A DNA stretch of 43,675 nt from Octopus bimaculoides (GCF_001194135.2 NC_068984.1:134727700-134771374); one strand, 5' to 3'. Positions 13,105 through 26,095 are shown, numbered from the stretch's first letter. Program-made: numbers and translations. Notes: generated from the sequence alone by a model not told the origin.

Positions 13105-15350
13105 ATTAAAGTAGGCAAGTAGACAGAATTAATGGACTAAGTCTGAATGTAGTAAACATTGATATGTAGTTGAGAAGGTTAGAGATCCACGCGAACTTGT
13201 TTTATGGGAGAAGAAAAACAATGAAGCTTGATATAAAATCATTTACTCTAAACTACAAATTTAACGCACGTTGCAGTGAAATATATCAAATATTGTTAAT
13301 TTGTTTATAACGTCGGTATTTCTTAATAAATTATTATATACACGGTGAATTACAAGATTCGGAACGATGGCTTGCATATTCTTCCTTAATAGGTTCCTGC
13401 AGATTCGAATGCAAATATGCTATTCGCTGTTGCGTTCGTTACTAGAGCGCAATTTCTACTTTAGGACGATTCATTAGTATAATCGAATCGAAGTCACCGG
13501 TGTTTCGACGTATTATGTCTCATCAGTCACAAGTACTTGAAAAATGTGGTGTATACACTTATCAAGTGAATTTCAACTGATAGCTAGTTAAAATTGCGGT
13601 GGGAGGCAGAATTTAAATTTAAAACTACAATTATAAATTGATTTCTTTAAAACCTTTTCTATCTCTATTCTTATGTATGTATTATATATTATTCCACAAG
13701 ATTTCACGACGGTTTTGTAAATTGTATTAAAAAGTTTAAAGGAAAATGCAATTTTAACTCTGAAAAGAAAATCTAATATAGGCAGCATTCAAATATTTTA
13801 AATATTGTTATTTGTATATATAATCTGTATGTATTCATTTCTCAGATGTTGTGAAGTATATATTTAACCGGTGATTTTCAAGCGATAACTAGTTAAAACA
13901 ATGATAAAAGGCAAAAGTCAAATTTGAAGCTGTAATCGTAAAATGGCTTCTGTAAGGCTTTTCTTTCTTCATTTTCATCTATGTATTATATATAATCGCT
14001 CAAAATCTCATGGCCGTTTTGTAAATATTCTATTTTGAAGATTAGCACAAGCTTCCTATCTACCATTGTATGGTAGATAGGATACATGGTTACATCGGAT
14101 ACATGCACTTAGATATGGTTACATCGGATACACGCACTTAGTTCAATCATATCTACTGTCGAATTTTAAATAAAGCAAGTTGAATGAAAAATATAGTTTT
14201 AACGATGCATGCAAACTGTTCCAACTGATATTTTTATAAACAAATTCATGCGATAAATAGAGTCCATCGTTTGACCTTTCACGAACAGATGTATTTATCA
14301 ATGATTGATTCGTTATATTAACCTTTTCCCCATAATAATCTATTGGCAGTTCTCGTCACCTCGATAACCCAAAGCATATAGATTGGTACCATGCCCAGAA
14401 ACACATCAAGCCGCATGCAACAGATTTTATCACTGGACAGTTGGCCGAGTAAACTAATACTATAATTGTACGGCGATTTATTCTCACAAATACATACATA
14501 CAAAGATTCCAAAGATTCTCTGTCTAAGATTCTTTAGGAGAAAAAATGCACATACTCGGATGTGTGCATCGAAGGTTCAACCAACACATCAACTCAGCCA
14601 CTCATTTCTAAACACCAGGAACTCTCTTAAATCAAAAAGACTTGTCACTTCGTTAGCAATCGGCTTGAACTCACTTGAGAAAAACTTAATTGAAACTCAA
14701 TAAAAAACATGCACACGTACATGAAGGCGACAGGTTGCTATAGCTACAACAATCTGCGCAAGTCAACTTACACCTTTCTCCCTCACACATCTGAGCAACA
14801 AATTTTCCAGCAACCAGTTTTTTCTAAATGTCCTGAGGAAGGGGTCATAAACCCGAAATATAGAAATACAAGGTAAAACTGCAGCTTTGTACCTTCTCGC
14901 ATTGTTCTGGCTTTACACAACAAACCTCTTTAAATATATATATGTATGTGTATGTATGTGTGACTATATCTACTTGTATGCAAACACACAGACACATATA
15001 TACACACATCAAATCTCCACAAGAGACCTCGATCTGATTGGTTACTTGACAGTCGACACAACGCTTAACACTTTGCTGTCATTCTATTAATGCATGACAA
15101 ATTGACGGGACATACCTGCTTCTAGTTATGAGCAATTGAACTTATTGAAATAGGCAAAAATATCTAGCTTTTTTTTTTTTACCGTTGTCGGTTCCTTAAA
15201 TACTACACTGCCATTGAGAAAAACAATTAAATGCACAAGATAAACTCATACTGAATTATAGCGTACGAATATAGAAGACGTGATGGTTACGACCAGAGGG
15301 CTGACTGAAAAATAAATTCCGGACACACAAAAACAAAAATATAAAGATAA

Positions 15351-15765
15351 GCTCAGACGTAGCTTTGTAGTAAGAAGCTTGCTTCCCAATCTCATGGCTC
15401 TTGGTTCAGTGCCATTGCGTGGAACCTTGAGCAAGTGTCTTCAACTATAGTCTCCGACCGACAAAGGACTTGTGAGTGGATTTTCTAGACGGAAACTGAA
15501 AGAAGCTGGTCGTCTTTATCTATATGCGTATGTGTGTGTATGTGATTGTATGTGTTTGTATGTGTATGTGTGTATGTGTGTGTATGTGCGTGTCTGTGTC
15601 TGTGATTGCCTCCACTACCACCACCGCAGCGAAAGCGACCGATAGAATAAGTGTTAAGGTTCAAAAAACAAAACAAAAAAAGTACTGAGGGATTCATTCG
15701 ACTAAATATATTTAAAGGCAGTGCTCCAGTATGGCCGCAGTCTAATGATTGAAACAATTTAAAGA
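15351..15765 (+). mobile_element. SINE family A, full length
   Basis: Same head, central microsatellite and tail layout as 10385-10847. Confidence 0.88.
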
Positions 15766-16074
15766 ACAGATAAAATATTTCTCTCAGTATGTGCAAATGC
15801 TAGTAAGAAACGACAGAAATTCTCACAGAAGCTCCATCAAATATTGTCTAAAAAACACAATAAAACAAAAATATTTACAGGAAAAATAACACCGATAGTC
15901 ATAGCAACGATAATAAAAATAAAAACAGGAAATGCTATCAACTTCCTACATGAAGTCCGCACAGAATACATTTAAGGAGTAAATGTCTTATACACGAAAA
16001 TAAATTTTGTAAATATGACACAAAAAACTTCAAAATTCTACATAAACGACATTAAAACCCACTTTATATATGTG

Positions 16075-16295
16075 TGTGTGTTTGTGTGTCTGTGTTTGTC
16101 ACCCCAAAATCGCTTGGCAACCGATGCTGGTGTGTTTACGTCTCCGTAACTTACGTCCCCGTAACTTAGTGGTTCAGCAAAAGAGACCGATAGAATAAGT
16201 ACTAGGTTTACAAAGAATCAGTCCTGGGGTCGATTTGCTCGACTAAAGGCGGTGCTCCAGCATGGCCACAGTCAAATGACTGAAACAAGTAAAAC
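16075..16295 (+). mobile_element. SINE family A tail
   Basis: tgtgtctgtgtttgtcaccccaaaatcgcttggcaaccgatgctggtgtg...gactgaaacaagtaaaac, near-identical to 10655-10847. Confidence 0.9.
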
Positions 16296-17352
16296 AGTAT
16301 ATATATATATATATATATNNNNNNNNNNNNNNNNNNNNNNNNNNNNNNNNNNNNNNNNNNNNNNNNNNNNNNNNNNATATATATACGTGTATGTATACAC
16401 ACGCACACACATATATATATATGTACGTATATACTACGATAGATCGCTGACCACTACACACATATTTTTCTCTCCTTGTTGTAGAAGAGCGTAGGCTCGA
16501 AACGTTAAAGACTTTCTCAATTCCCGAGCGTTATACTAATACATCTATTTGTTTTCAACACCACTTGTCTTCGTCTGTTGTTTTTTTGTGAATTCTCACT
16601 ATACATATACGTATATATCGACAGCTTAATAAATAAATCATTGTGTATTTAGTGGACATTACATAAATATAATGTTGTTGGGTGATTCGGGATACAGGGT
16701 CTGTGATCTTCCTCTGGTTGTTGCTGGCTGGTCATAAGTTGATCAATACATCACTTCTTAAATGACCTAATGCGTCTTTCCTTTCTAAGGAAAAGTAATA
16801 AAGGAAGACTTGGCTGCTATTTTTACCTGGATGAACGACCGCTTAGAAACACATTATCCTATCTGTGCAAAATGTCGTCCACATATATTTGATATTGTTG
16901 GATACATCACAAAAGCCGGAGGTAGATTTACCTAAGTCTAACCATTTCTATGGTAAGATATTAGTGAATGTAAGAATGATAGATAGTGTATAACATATTA
17001 TAGACTGCTGCACAAATAGCAAATAAATCAATTGTGGTTCTGCCATTGAACTTAAGCTTGCTGTTCGTGGCAGGGGTAGAAGGAAATTGTTGAAACTGAT
17101 GACAAGTCCACACAATATCTGAAAGCATAAGTTTTACTCACTTTCATAAATCTTATCTCAAATACTAGAGAGAGAAGAAACAAAATTCAGTTGTCTTTTC
17201 TATCTTAGCTGAATTTGGCTTAACATAAAGCAATTTTGTTTCTTTTGCTGTCTTCATTCATTCCCTTTTCAGTTGACATTTGCCTTACGTTAAAAATGAC
17301 CCGATAACAAATAGCTTTTTTTTTGTCTTCGTCTACTTCTTTTTCAAACCAG

Positions 17353-17502
17353 GAGTCATATCAAGCGTATAGCTATGGTTTGTGTTGATGGAATAAAAGC
17401 AATACCAACGCTTGATGTGGAAGATAGCAAAGTAGATGTTTCAAAAAGGCAAGCTTGTGAAGAAGTTTTCATAGGAAGTATTGATTTCTGGATTAATTAT
17501 AA
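17353..17502 (+). CDS. Candidate internal exon of an unidentified host gene (phase 2/2, 150 nt)
   Basis: A long polypyrimidine tract ends in aaaccag|G and the donor is AA|GTGAGT. Only one frame is open: SHIKRIAMVCVDGIKAIPTLDVEDSKVDVSKRQACEEVFIGSIDFWINY. I do not recognise the protein. Confidence 0.6.
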
Positions 17503-17699
17503 GTGAGTAGAATGCGAAAATAGATTTTCGAAAATAACAGTAGGTTGCTGTAACTACATAAACGTAGTCACGGTATATTTTTAAAAAAATGTTTTGATCT
17601 AGAATGAAGAATTGTACATGTTTAACAAAATTCTAGAATGATATAAGAACAATTTATCCGAAGAAAGGGTTATTGCATCACGCCCGTGTCCTTATTGTT

Positions 17700-18420
17700 T
17701 GGTTTCTAAGTTTCCCTTCATTGCCCTCTTATGTACAAAAGGCGTTCTTGTTGTTGTTGTTATTTCCTTCATTTTTCCTTTTAACACTAAAACGTTTCTC
17801 TTTGCCTGCTTCTAATTAATTTCCTAAACTCAGTACTTCTCTGTATAGCATAAGCCGGCTCTAAAGTGGTAATGCCGGGACAATTCTAGTAGTTTTCTGG
17901 TTCTTCTATTCACTTAAGTTCCAATCTATCATGTTGAAGCACTATTTTCATATAATAGAACGCAATAATAAATTTTATGACTGGGACGCTTAGTATGTTT
18001 ATAACAATTATGTTATTTCCAGCATTCAGTTTAGTTCTTAATATTCGTATAACACTTCTGCAACACAAATTTCACCGAGTTGTATTTTATTAGATGCATT
18101 GATCTGGCTGATTCTGTTCTGAATCTCTGACTTCGGTGTGCTTCTACTCAGACTAGATTTCATATGAAAATTATTATTAGGTTCTCCAGAATAGCATTAA
18201 GTCATCTTTGTAGCGGAAAACGCTTACAATGTGACGGCATCATTTATAACCACTGGTTGTTTAATTAAAAAATATTCGTAAATTGAGTTAAGGCTACGCA
18301 GGGGAGTGGCTAATTGGGTTGGTTTTAATGATCTTCTGTTTTCGTTGCAATGAAATGTTTGCTTTTTTTTCTATCATTCTCGATGCAATGTGTTTGTTAA
18401 TTAATATGCACTGTCTCCAA
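17700..18420 (-). mobile_element. R4/Dong-like (RLE-clade) non-LTR retrotransposon RT fragment, degenerate
   Basis: The minus strand shows FRYKDDLMLF (YxDD motif at 18201-18212). It also shows RILRTKLNAGNNIIVINILSVPVI, matching the KLNxGNxIxAINxxAVPV block of R4/NeSL-type RTs. Stops and frameshifts are present. Confidence 0.75.
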
Positions 18421-18719
18421 TACTTAGAAGAATGATATACCACCAGCTGTTTTTTTTTCTTTTTTTGCTAATCAGTCAGTGGCATGATAATTTTCTCCTC
18501 ATATTATCTAATTTTGATAATATGCAATTCCTTAGTTATTGCAATTTGCAATATACATCAATTTCCTAAACCCTTTCTACATCCCCAGGTTAAATGTTGT
18601 TTGCTAACAAGTGGCAAAATGAACAAAGCGACAGAGTTGCACAGAGATCGGCACTTCATACGGAAAGCAATATATATACATACATACACACACACACATA
18701 TATATATATACGCAGGCAC

Positions 18720-18750
<31 letters not shown>

Positions 18751-19469
18751 CATGTGTGTANNNNNNNNNNNNNNNNNNNNNNNNNNNNNNNNNNNNNNNN
18801 NNNNNNNNNNNNNNNNNNNNNNNNNNNNNNNNNNNNNNNNNNNNNNNNNNNNNNNNNNNNNNNNNNNNNNNNNNNNNNNNNNNNNNNNNNNNNNNNNNNN
18901 NNNNNNNNNNNNNNNNNNNNNNNNNNNNNNNNNNNNNNNNNNNNNNNNNNNNNNNNNNNNNNNNNNNNNNNNNNNNNNNNNNNNNNNNNNNNNNNNNNNN
19001 NNNNNNNNNNNNNNNNNNNNNNNNNNNNNNNNNNNNNNNNNNNNNNNNNNNNNNNNNNNNNNNNNNNNNNNNNNNNNNNNNNNNNNNNNNNNNNNNNNNN
19101 NNNNNNNNNNNNNNNNNNNNNNNNNNNNNNNNNNNNNNNNNNNNNNNNNNNNNNNNNNNNNNNNNNNNNNNNNNNNNNNNNNNNNNNNNNNNNNNNNNNN
19201 NNNNNNNNNNNNNNNNNNNNNNNNNNNNNNNNNNNNNNNNNNNNNNNNNNNNNNNNNNNNNNNNNNNNNNNNNNNNNNNNNNNNNNNNNNNNNNNNNNNN
19301 NNNNNNNNNNNNNNNNNNNNNNNNNNNNNNNNNNNNNNNNNNNNNNNNNNNNNNNNNNNNNNNNNNNNNNNNNNNNNNNNNNNNNNNNNNNNNNNNNNNN
19401 NNNNNNNNNNNNNNNNNNNNNNNNNNNNNNNNNNNNNNNNNNNNNNNNNNNNNNNNNNNNNNNNNNNNN

Positions 19470-19518
<49 letters not shown>

Positions 19519-19985
19519 GTATCTATCTATCTATCTAGCTAGCTATATGTATGTATGTATGCATGTACGTATGTATGCATGTATGCATGTATGCAAATAT
19601 TTATCTATACACTTATGCATGTATATAGTACCATTTTGATTCTCAATGACTACGCAGGTCATTGTCCTGATTTGGAGCTATGACACCTGCAACATTTACA
19701 TCTTTAGTAAATTGGAAATGGCTAACATATAGACACACAGTCAGCTGCACAAAATTACACGCATAAGCGCACACTCTCTCACATACGCATAGACTCACAC
19801 ACACACGCGCACACACATACACACACTCTTGACACAGACAAACACGCACACAGACACACATACACACACACACAAGCAGACACGCACCCACCTATACACA
19901 CAAACACACGTGTTCATTACGAAAAACATATCCGGTTATGAATGCTGGAAGCCAACCTACCTTTGATGACTAGAACTATATAACT

Positions 19986-20150
19986 AAGCGCTGGCGTAGC
20001 TCTGTGGTAAGAAGCTTGTTTCCCAACCACACGGTTCCGAGTTCAGTCCCACTACATGGCACCTTGGGCAAGTGTTTTCTACTATAGCCTCCGGATGACC
20101 AAAGCCTTGTGAGTGGATCTGGTAGATGGAAACTGAATGAAGCTCGTCGT
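19986..20150 (+). mobile_element. SINE family A head
   Basis: ggcgtagctctgtggtaagaagcttgtttcccaaccacacggttccgagttcagtcccactac...ggaaactgaatgaagctcgtcg. Confidence 0.9.
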
Positions 20151-20262
20151 ATATATATATATATATACACATATATACACATATATACATACACACACAT
20201 ACACACATATATACATACACACACATACAGACACACACATATATGTATGTATGTGCGTATAT

Positions 20263-21155
20263 AGGCGCAGAGTGGGTGTGTGGTAAGAAGCTTGCTTACC
20301 AACCACACGGCTCCGGGTTCAGTTCCACTGCGAGGCAACTTGGGCAAGGGTCTTCTACTACAGCCTCGGGCCGACTAAAGCCTCGTGAGTGGATTTGGTA
20401 GACGGAAACTGAAAGAAGACTGTCGTATGTATATNNNNNNNNNNNNNNNNNNNNNNNNNNNNNNNNNNNNNNNNNNNNNNNNNNNNNNNTATATATATAT
20501 ATATATATATATATCAAATACAAAAATGGGACAAGAACATAAAACATCCAGACATTTAGGTGATACAAAAAAGGTACCACAAAATATCCAGATAGACGAT
20601 ACAAGGAAAACAAGGACAAATCATTCAGAATTTTCTATCTTCAGTCGAATTCAAGATTATCTTTGCAATTTCGGTTGATTAGACTCGAAATTGCTCATAT
20701 ATAAACAGTAGTACCTCTGTTTTCGAACGACTCTGATCGCAAATAAATCGTGCTTTATATATAGATATAGATATATATATATAAAGCACGATTTATTTGT
20801 ATTCGTGATCAGAGGTGTTCGTAAATCGAGGTACTACTGTATTAAATGAATATGAGAAAGACAGGAAATAAAGTACGATTTATTTGTGATCAGAATTGTT
20901 CGAAAACCGAGATTCTACTGTATATATATATGTGTATGTGTGCATATGTTTGTGTGTCTGTGTTTACCCCCCTCCACCATCGTTTGACAACCGATGTTGG
21001 TGTGTTTGCGTCCCCGTAACTTGGCGGTTCGGCAAAGATGTCGATAAAATAAGTACTAGGCTTTCAGAGAGTAAGCCCTGGGGTCGATTTGTTCGACGAA
21101 AGGTGGTACTACAGCATGGCCGCAGTCAAATCGCTGAAACAAGTAAAAGAATGAA
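20263..21155 (+). mobile_element. SINE family A expanded by insertions in its central microsatellite
   Basis: Head at 20263-20430 and tail at about 20945-21155. Between them lie a gap, (TA)n, a 180-bp foreign fragment and a palindromic MITE-like element. Confidence 0.8.
20706..20920. mobile_element. Tc1/mariner-pogo-like MITE (52-bp TIRs) with an extra internal right arm
   Basis: The left arm 20706-20757 (cagtagtacctctgttttcgaacgactctgatcgcaaataaatcgtgcttta) aligns without gaps to the reverse complement of 20869-20920. It aligns with an indel to the reverse complement of 20782-20839. Both right arms are followed by TA; the left flank is AA. Confidence 0.7.
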
Positions 21156-21169
21156 AGAACAGAATTAGA

Positions 21170-21756
21170 TCTGCTGATGACGTCATCCTCATACATCATC
21201 GTTATCGCCATAACTATCAGCATCATGATAACTACCACCATCATCATCATCATCATCGTCACCATAAACACAACTACAATACCATCGTAGTTACTACGAC
21301 CACAACCATCACCACTACCTTCGCCACCACCGCTGCCACCGTCACCACCACCACCACCATCATCACCAGCATCAACACCACCAGCATCCGCGCCAGCAGC
21401 ACCATCATCATCACCATCACAACTAACATCATCATCAACACGATTGTTGTCGTCATCGTCATCATCATCATCCTATAAACATGACCCCGATTATCATGTC
21501 AACTACCACCACCACCACCACCACCACAACCACCTACACTACCATAACAACCAACCCAACATCAACACTATCACCTCCTACGCTTCCGCCTCCTGCCCCT
21601 CTGCCTCCCTCTCCTACTCTTCCTCTTCCTCCTCCTTTTCATCCTCATCATCCCCATCATATACATGATCACAGCCATCAGCACAACTACCTCCATCACT
21701 CTCAACCCACACCACCACCATCACAATCATCATCATCATCATCTTCATCATCGTCG

Positions 21757-21789
<33 letters not shown>

Positions 21790-21870
21790 CCGTCATCGTC
21801 ATCACAGCCGTCATTGTCACCGTCATCACCGCCGTCATCTACCTTCTTCAGAAAAATCGTTCACCCATAT
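21170..21870. repeat. Degenerate (CAT/CAC/TCC)n trinucleotide field
   Basis: Continuous 3-periodic low complexity giving poly-H/S/T/P/M ORFs in several frames on both strands. Confidence 0.9.
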
Positions 21871-22115
21871 CTTTATTTATAGTTTTAATCCTTTATAATA
21901 ATAATAATAATGATAATATCGCTTTGTACAGAGTCAATTGGTTTGGCAGGAAGCGAAATGTAGTGAGTGAACGGCAGAGACGAGCCTGAAATGACTTCGT
22001 CGTTAAACTGTACAACATTCGTGGTTCGTGTGAAAGTCGTTTCTGTGAACTTAGCAGAGAAGCAGCGCGTCTTCAATTGATTGCTGTCGTCTTACCACTT
22101 ATCACCACATCTGCC

Positions 22116-22248
<133 letters not shown>

Positions 22249-23286
22249 AACGCTCAAACGAACACACACCCACAATCCGTCTTCCACTCAAGACTTAACC
22301 TTTTAACTGACATTTATCTAGAATCTTCCATACCACCCATCCTTTCCTCAGATTCTCATCAATGCCCGCACACAAACACACACACACACACACACATACA
22401 CACACACACACAGAGGCACACACAAACACACACACGCATACACACGCTTACACAGATATATACAGGTCCATACAGAAACACGTGATCGCAAACACACATA
22501 CTAGCGTCCATCTTGTCTGCTTGTCTTTAGTAAACGGCGCTGTTATGATGACGATGATGATGGTGATGATGAGGGTGTTCTTGCTCCTACTGTTACTGCT
22601 GCTGCTGCTGATGATGATGATGATGTTGTTGTTGATGATGATGATGATGATGACGACGTTGGTGGTGCCTTATTGCAAACTTTAAGAAGCAAAGCATCTC
22701 TGATAATTGCTGGCTCTTTATTATTTTCCACTCAACGTGTTCAGGTGTAATCGTGTTATTCCGTTTCTGTAGCTTGTCCCACGCGCGCACGCACACACAC
22801 TCACACACGTACACACACACACTCACACACACGAAGCCACAACGCATGTATACACACACACACGCACACACACATAGACACGCACAAACGCACACAGACA
22901 CACACACACGCACACATGCACACACACACACAGTCACAACACGCACACACAAATACACGCACACACCAACACACACACGCACACACACACAAATACACGC
23001 ACACACCAGCACCCTCCAACACACATCGCACACATGTGTGTGAGTATCATATACATGACTGTGCACAAATTCCGCCAAGCAGCATGAAAGAATTATCTCC
23101 CTTTGTTACGTCTCTGTTTGTCTATCCCACGTACATACTGCATTTACTTGTGTCAGTCATTGGACAGCGGCTATCGTGGGGCACATCCTTGAAGAGTTCT
23201 ACCCAAACACATCAAACCCACTACCTATTTTTAAGAATGGTACTTATTCTGGCAGTGTTTGTTGTCGAACTACTACGTCACTATAT

Positions 23287-23323
<37 letters not shown>

Positions 23324-23759
23324 NNNNNNNNNNNNNNNNNNNNNNNNNNNNNNNNNNNNNNNNNNNNNNNNNNNNNNNNNNNNNNNNNNNNNNNNNNNNN
23401 NNNNNNNNNNNNNNNNNNNNNNNNNNNNNNNNNNNNNNNNNNNNNNNNNNNNNNNNNNNNNNNNNNNNNNNNNNNNNNNNNNNNNNNNNNNNNNNNNNNN
23501 NNNNNNNNNNNNNNNNNNNNNNNNNNNNNNNNNNNNNNNNNNNNNNNNNNNNNNNNNNNNNNNNNNNNNNNNNNNNNNNNNNNNNNNNNNNNNNNNNNNN
23601 NNNNNNNNNNNNNNNNNNNNNNNNNNNNNNNNNNNNNNNNNNNNNNNNNNNNNNNNNNNNNNNNNNNNNNNNNNNNNNNNNNNNNNNNNNNNNNNNNNNN
23701 NNNNNNTTTGAATTAAAAGAATTCGCCAACAGCACGTGTGTAGTTACATTATATAGATA

Positions 23760-24255
23760 CATGTATACGGCGAACAAAAGTGTGGAGTAGAGTGAAAGAG
23801 TTTGAAGAGGCCAAGATAATGCATGCAAAACTCAAGAGAGATTTAAAGAAGAATGTTACAATCGAGAAGGTGAATGACAATGACCTTTTTGTGTGCACCG
23901 TTTGTGACAGGCCATGCCTTTCATTTGCTGGGCTCAAATCTCATTTCCGGACCCATGGAAAACGAACCTCCACCAACTATTCTGCCTGTTTGTCTGTGCA
24001 CACCTTTCAATGCGATGTCTGCCAGAAGGTTTGCAAATCTAATGGGGGCTTCAAAAGACATTTTAAGATCAGCAAGGAGCAGAACTTATCTGTAGCTCTT
24101 GGTGGTCCAAAGTGGATGTGCAATCTATGTGGGGTGTCTTTTCAAAACATTATTTGGTTTAAAAAGCCACATCAGACGCCATGATGGTTCTAAAGGTGTA
24201 GGTACAGGAGGTGGTCAAACTCTGCATAAGAAATAGACAACCACCACCATGTTTG
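23760..24255 (+). mobile_element. RTE-type LINE ORF2 C-terminus with three C2H2-like fingers, frameshifted
   Basis: RTKVWSRVKEFEEAKIMHAKLKRDLKK precedes CTVCDRPCLSFAGLKSHFRTH and CDVCQKVCKSNGGFKRHFKIS. After removing one T near 24140 it continues CNLCGVSFKTLFGLKSHIRRH...KK* (stop 24234-24236), followed by an (ACC)n tail. There are no TGEKP linkers. Confidence 0.7.
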
Positions 24256-25919
24256 CATGTATGTATGTATGTATGTATGTATGTATGTTATCAATCAGTT
24301 TCATTTCTGTATTTCTTGTCCATAGAGAAAGAGCCGGACTCTAACATAGATTCAAGGCTCCTTCATTGGAACTTTTATCAACATCATCTAGGTATTTGTG
24401 CATATGTGTGTGTGTGTGTGTATTCTTTTATTCTTTAATATGTTTCNNNNNNNNNNNNNNNNNNNNNNNNNNNNNNNNNNNNNNNNNNNNNNNNNNNNNN
24501 NNNNNNNNNNNNNNNNNNNNNNNNNNNNNNNNNNNNNNNNNNNNNNNNNNNNNNNNNNNNNNNNNNNNNNNNNNNNNNNNNNNNNNNNNNNNNNNNNNNN
24601 NNNNNNNNNNNNNNNNNNNNNNNNNNNNNNNNNNNNNNNNNNNNNNNNNNNNNNNNNNNNNNNNNNNGTCTGGGTGGAGTATCTGAAAATTTCTCAGTAG
24701 CTCGGCGTAGTTGTTCTCTTTTTCTCTAATCTTTAGTGGGATGTTGACATCCGCGTATGTATGTATGTATGTATGTATGTATGTATGTATGTATGTATGT
24801 ATGTATGTATTTATGTATAGATTGATGAAAAGAATAAGCGGATGGGGTGTGATTTGTTCGACTAAAACTCTTCAAGTGCCAGCGTTCTAGCATGACCGCA
24901 GTCCAGTGATTAGATAAAAGTAAAAGATAATGGATAACTGCAAAAGATACCTTTGTTTCCTCTCTATATCGAGAAGCATTTATTAAGAGTAACTTGATAC
25001 TTGGAAATGCTTTTGGCTCCTTTATGATGCGTTTCATTTATGGAATTTCTTACTCCTTGGTTATATAAATTATCCTCAGAGCTATATGGCGACGTTCCCG
25101 TTTCCAATTTCTGCTTTACTTCGGTTATAAAATATTATCGCTATTCTGTTATTGTCCTAGAAGCCATTGGGAGTAATGTTAATATCGTGAATAAATTCTA
25201 AATTATTTGTAAATCGAGTTTTATTGTATTGTTGTGTCGCGCTGAGACGGGGAGAAATCAAATTATGAAGACAGCTCTGGAAAGTTCCCGAAAAGGTTTT
25301 CCACACCTGATATCTAAAAATGCTGGAGAAAATACTGGAGAAAATTGCTATTCTGTGATAAATTCAGTTTGAAGAACCTTCTAAAAGAGTAGAGTAGATT
25401 TTGAGTCCATTTTATCAATGTGAATCTTGTCTGCTTGAGGGTTTTTATGTACAATAACAACTTATCATTTAGCTGAGAAGTAGTGTTCATACAGAGGCAG
25501 AAGTGGCTCTGTCGTTTAGAAGCTCGCTTTATAATCACGTGGTTTCTAGTTAAATATTACAACGTGGTAGAGGGAAACTGTGTGGAAGCCCGTCACATGT
25601 ATATATATATATATAGATAGATAGATAAATAAATGAGTGTGTGTTTGTGTGTTGTAAGTGTGCGTGTGCCTGTTTCTTTGTATATGTGCTCGTGTCCCTT
25701 CTCCATAGCGTAACGACTGGTGTTGGTTTGTTTACGTCCACGTAACTTGGCAGTTCGGTAAAAGGGACATAATGGTAGTGAATTACACTTTTCTCTGTCT
25801 CCCTTTCTCTTTCGCTCTCCCTCTCTCTCTCTCTCTGTTTACGTATTTGAGCTTACTTCTCTTAACGTATATGAGAAGAGGCAAAATGCTTTTGTCAATC
25901 GTGTTCAGTCAATATAATC

Positions 25920-25977
<58 letters not shown>

Positions 25978-26004
25978 TACTCTCTATCTGTGTTTTCCTT
26001 TCTC

Positions 26005-26095
26005 TTTTATCTTTAACTTGTTTCAGTTATTAGACTGCGGTCATGCTGGGGCACCGCCTTGCAGAAATGTTAGTCGAACGACTCGACCCTGGTAT
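26005..26095 (-). mobile_element. SINE family A tail
   Basis: acttgtttcagttattagactgcggtcatgctggggcaccgcc...gtcgaacgactcgaccctgg is the reverse complement of the family A 3' end. Confidence 0.8.

Noticed and set aside
21481-21898. His/Pro/Ser/Thr-rich ORFs resembling cephalopod histidine-rich or mucin-like proteins
   Set aside because: Open frames occur in several frames on both strands, as expected for a degenerate trinucleotide repeat. There is no signal peptide and no splice signals.
23780-24184. Host C2H2 zinc-finger gene
   Set aside because: There are no TGEKP linkers, it carries a frameshift, and the preceding WRTKVW...EFEEA...AKLKR segment and (ACC)n tail fit an RTE LINE end better.
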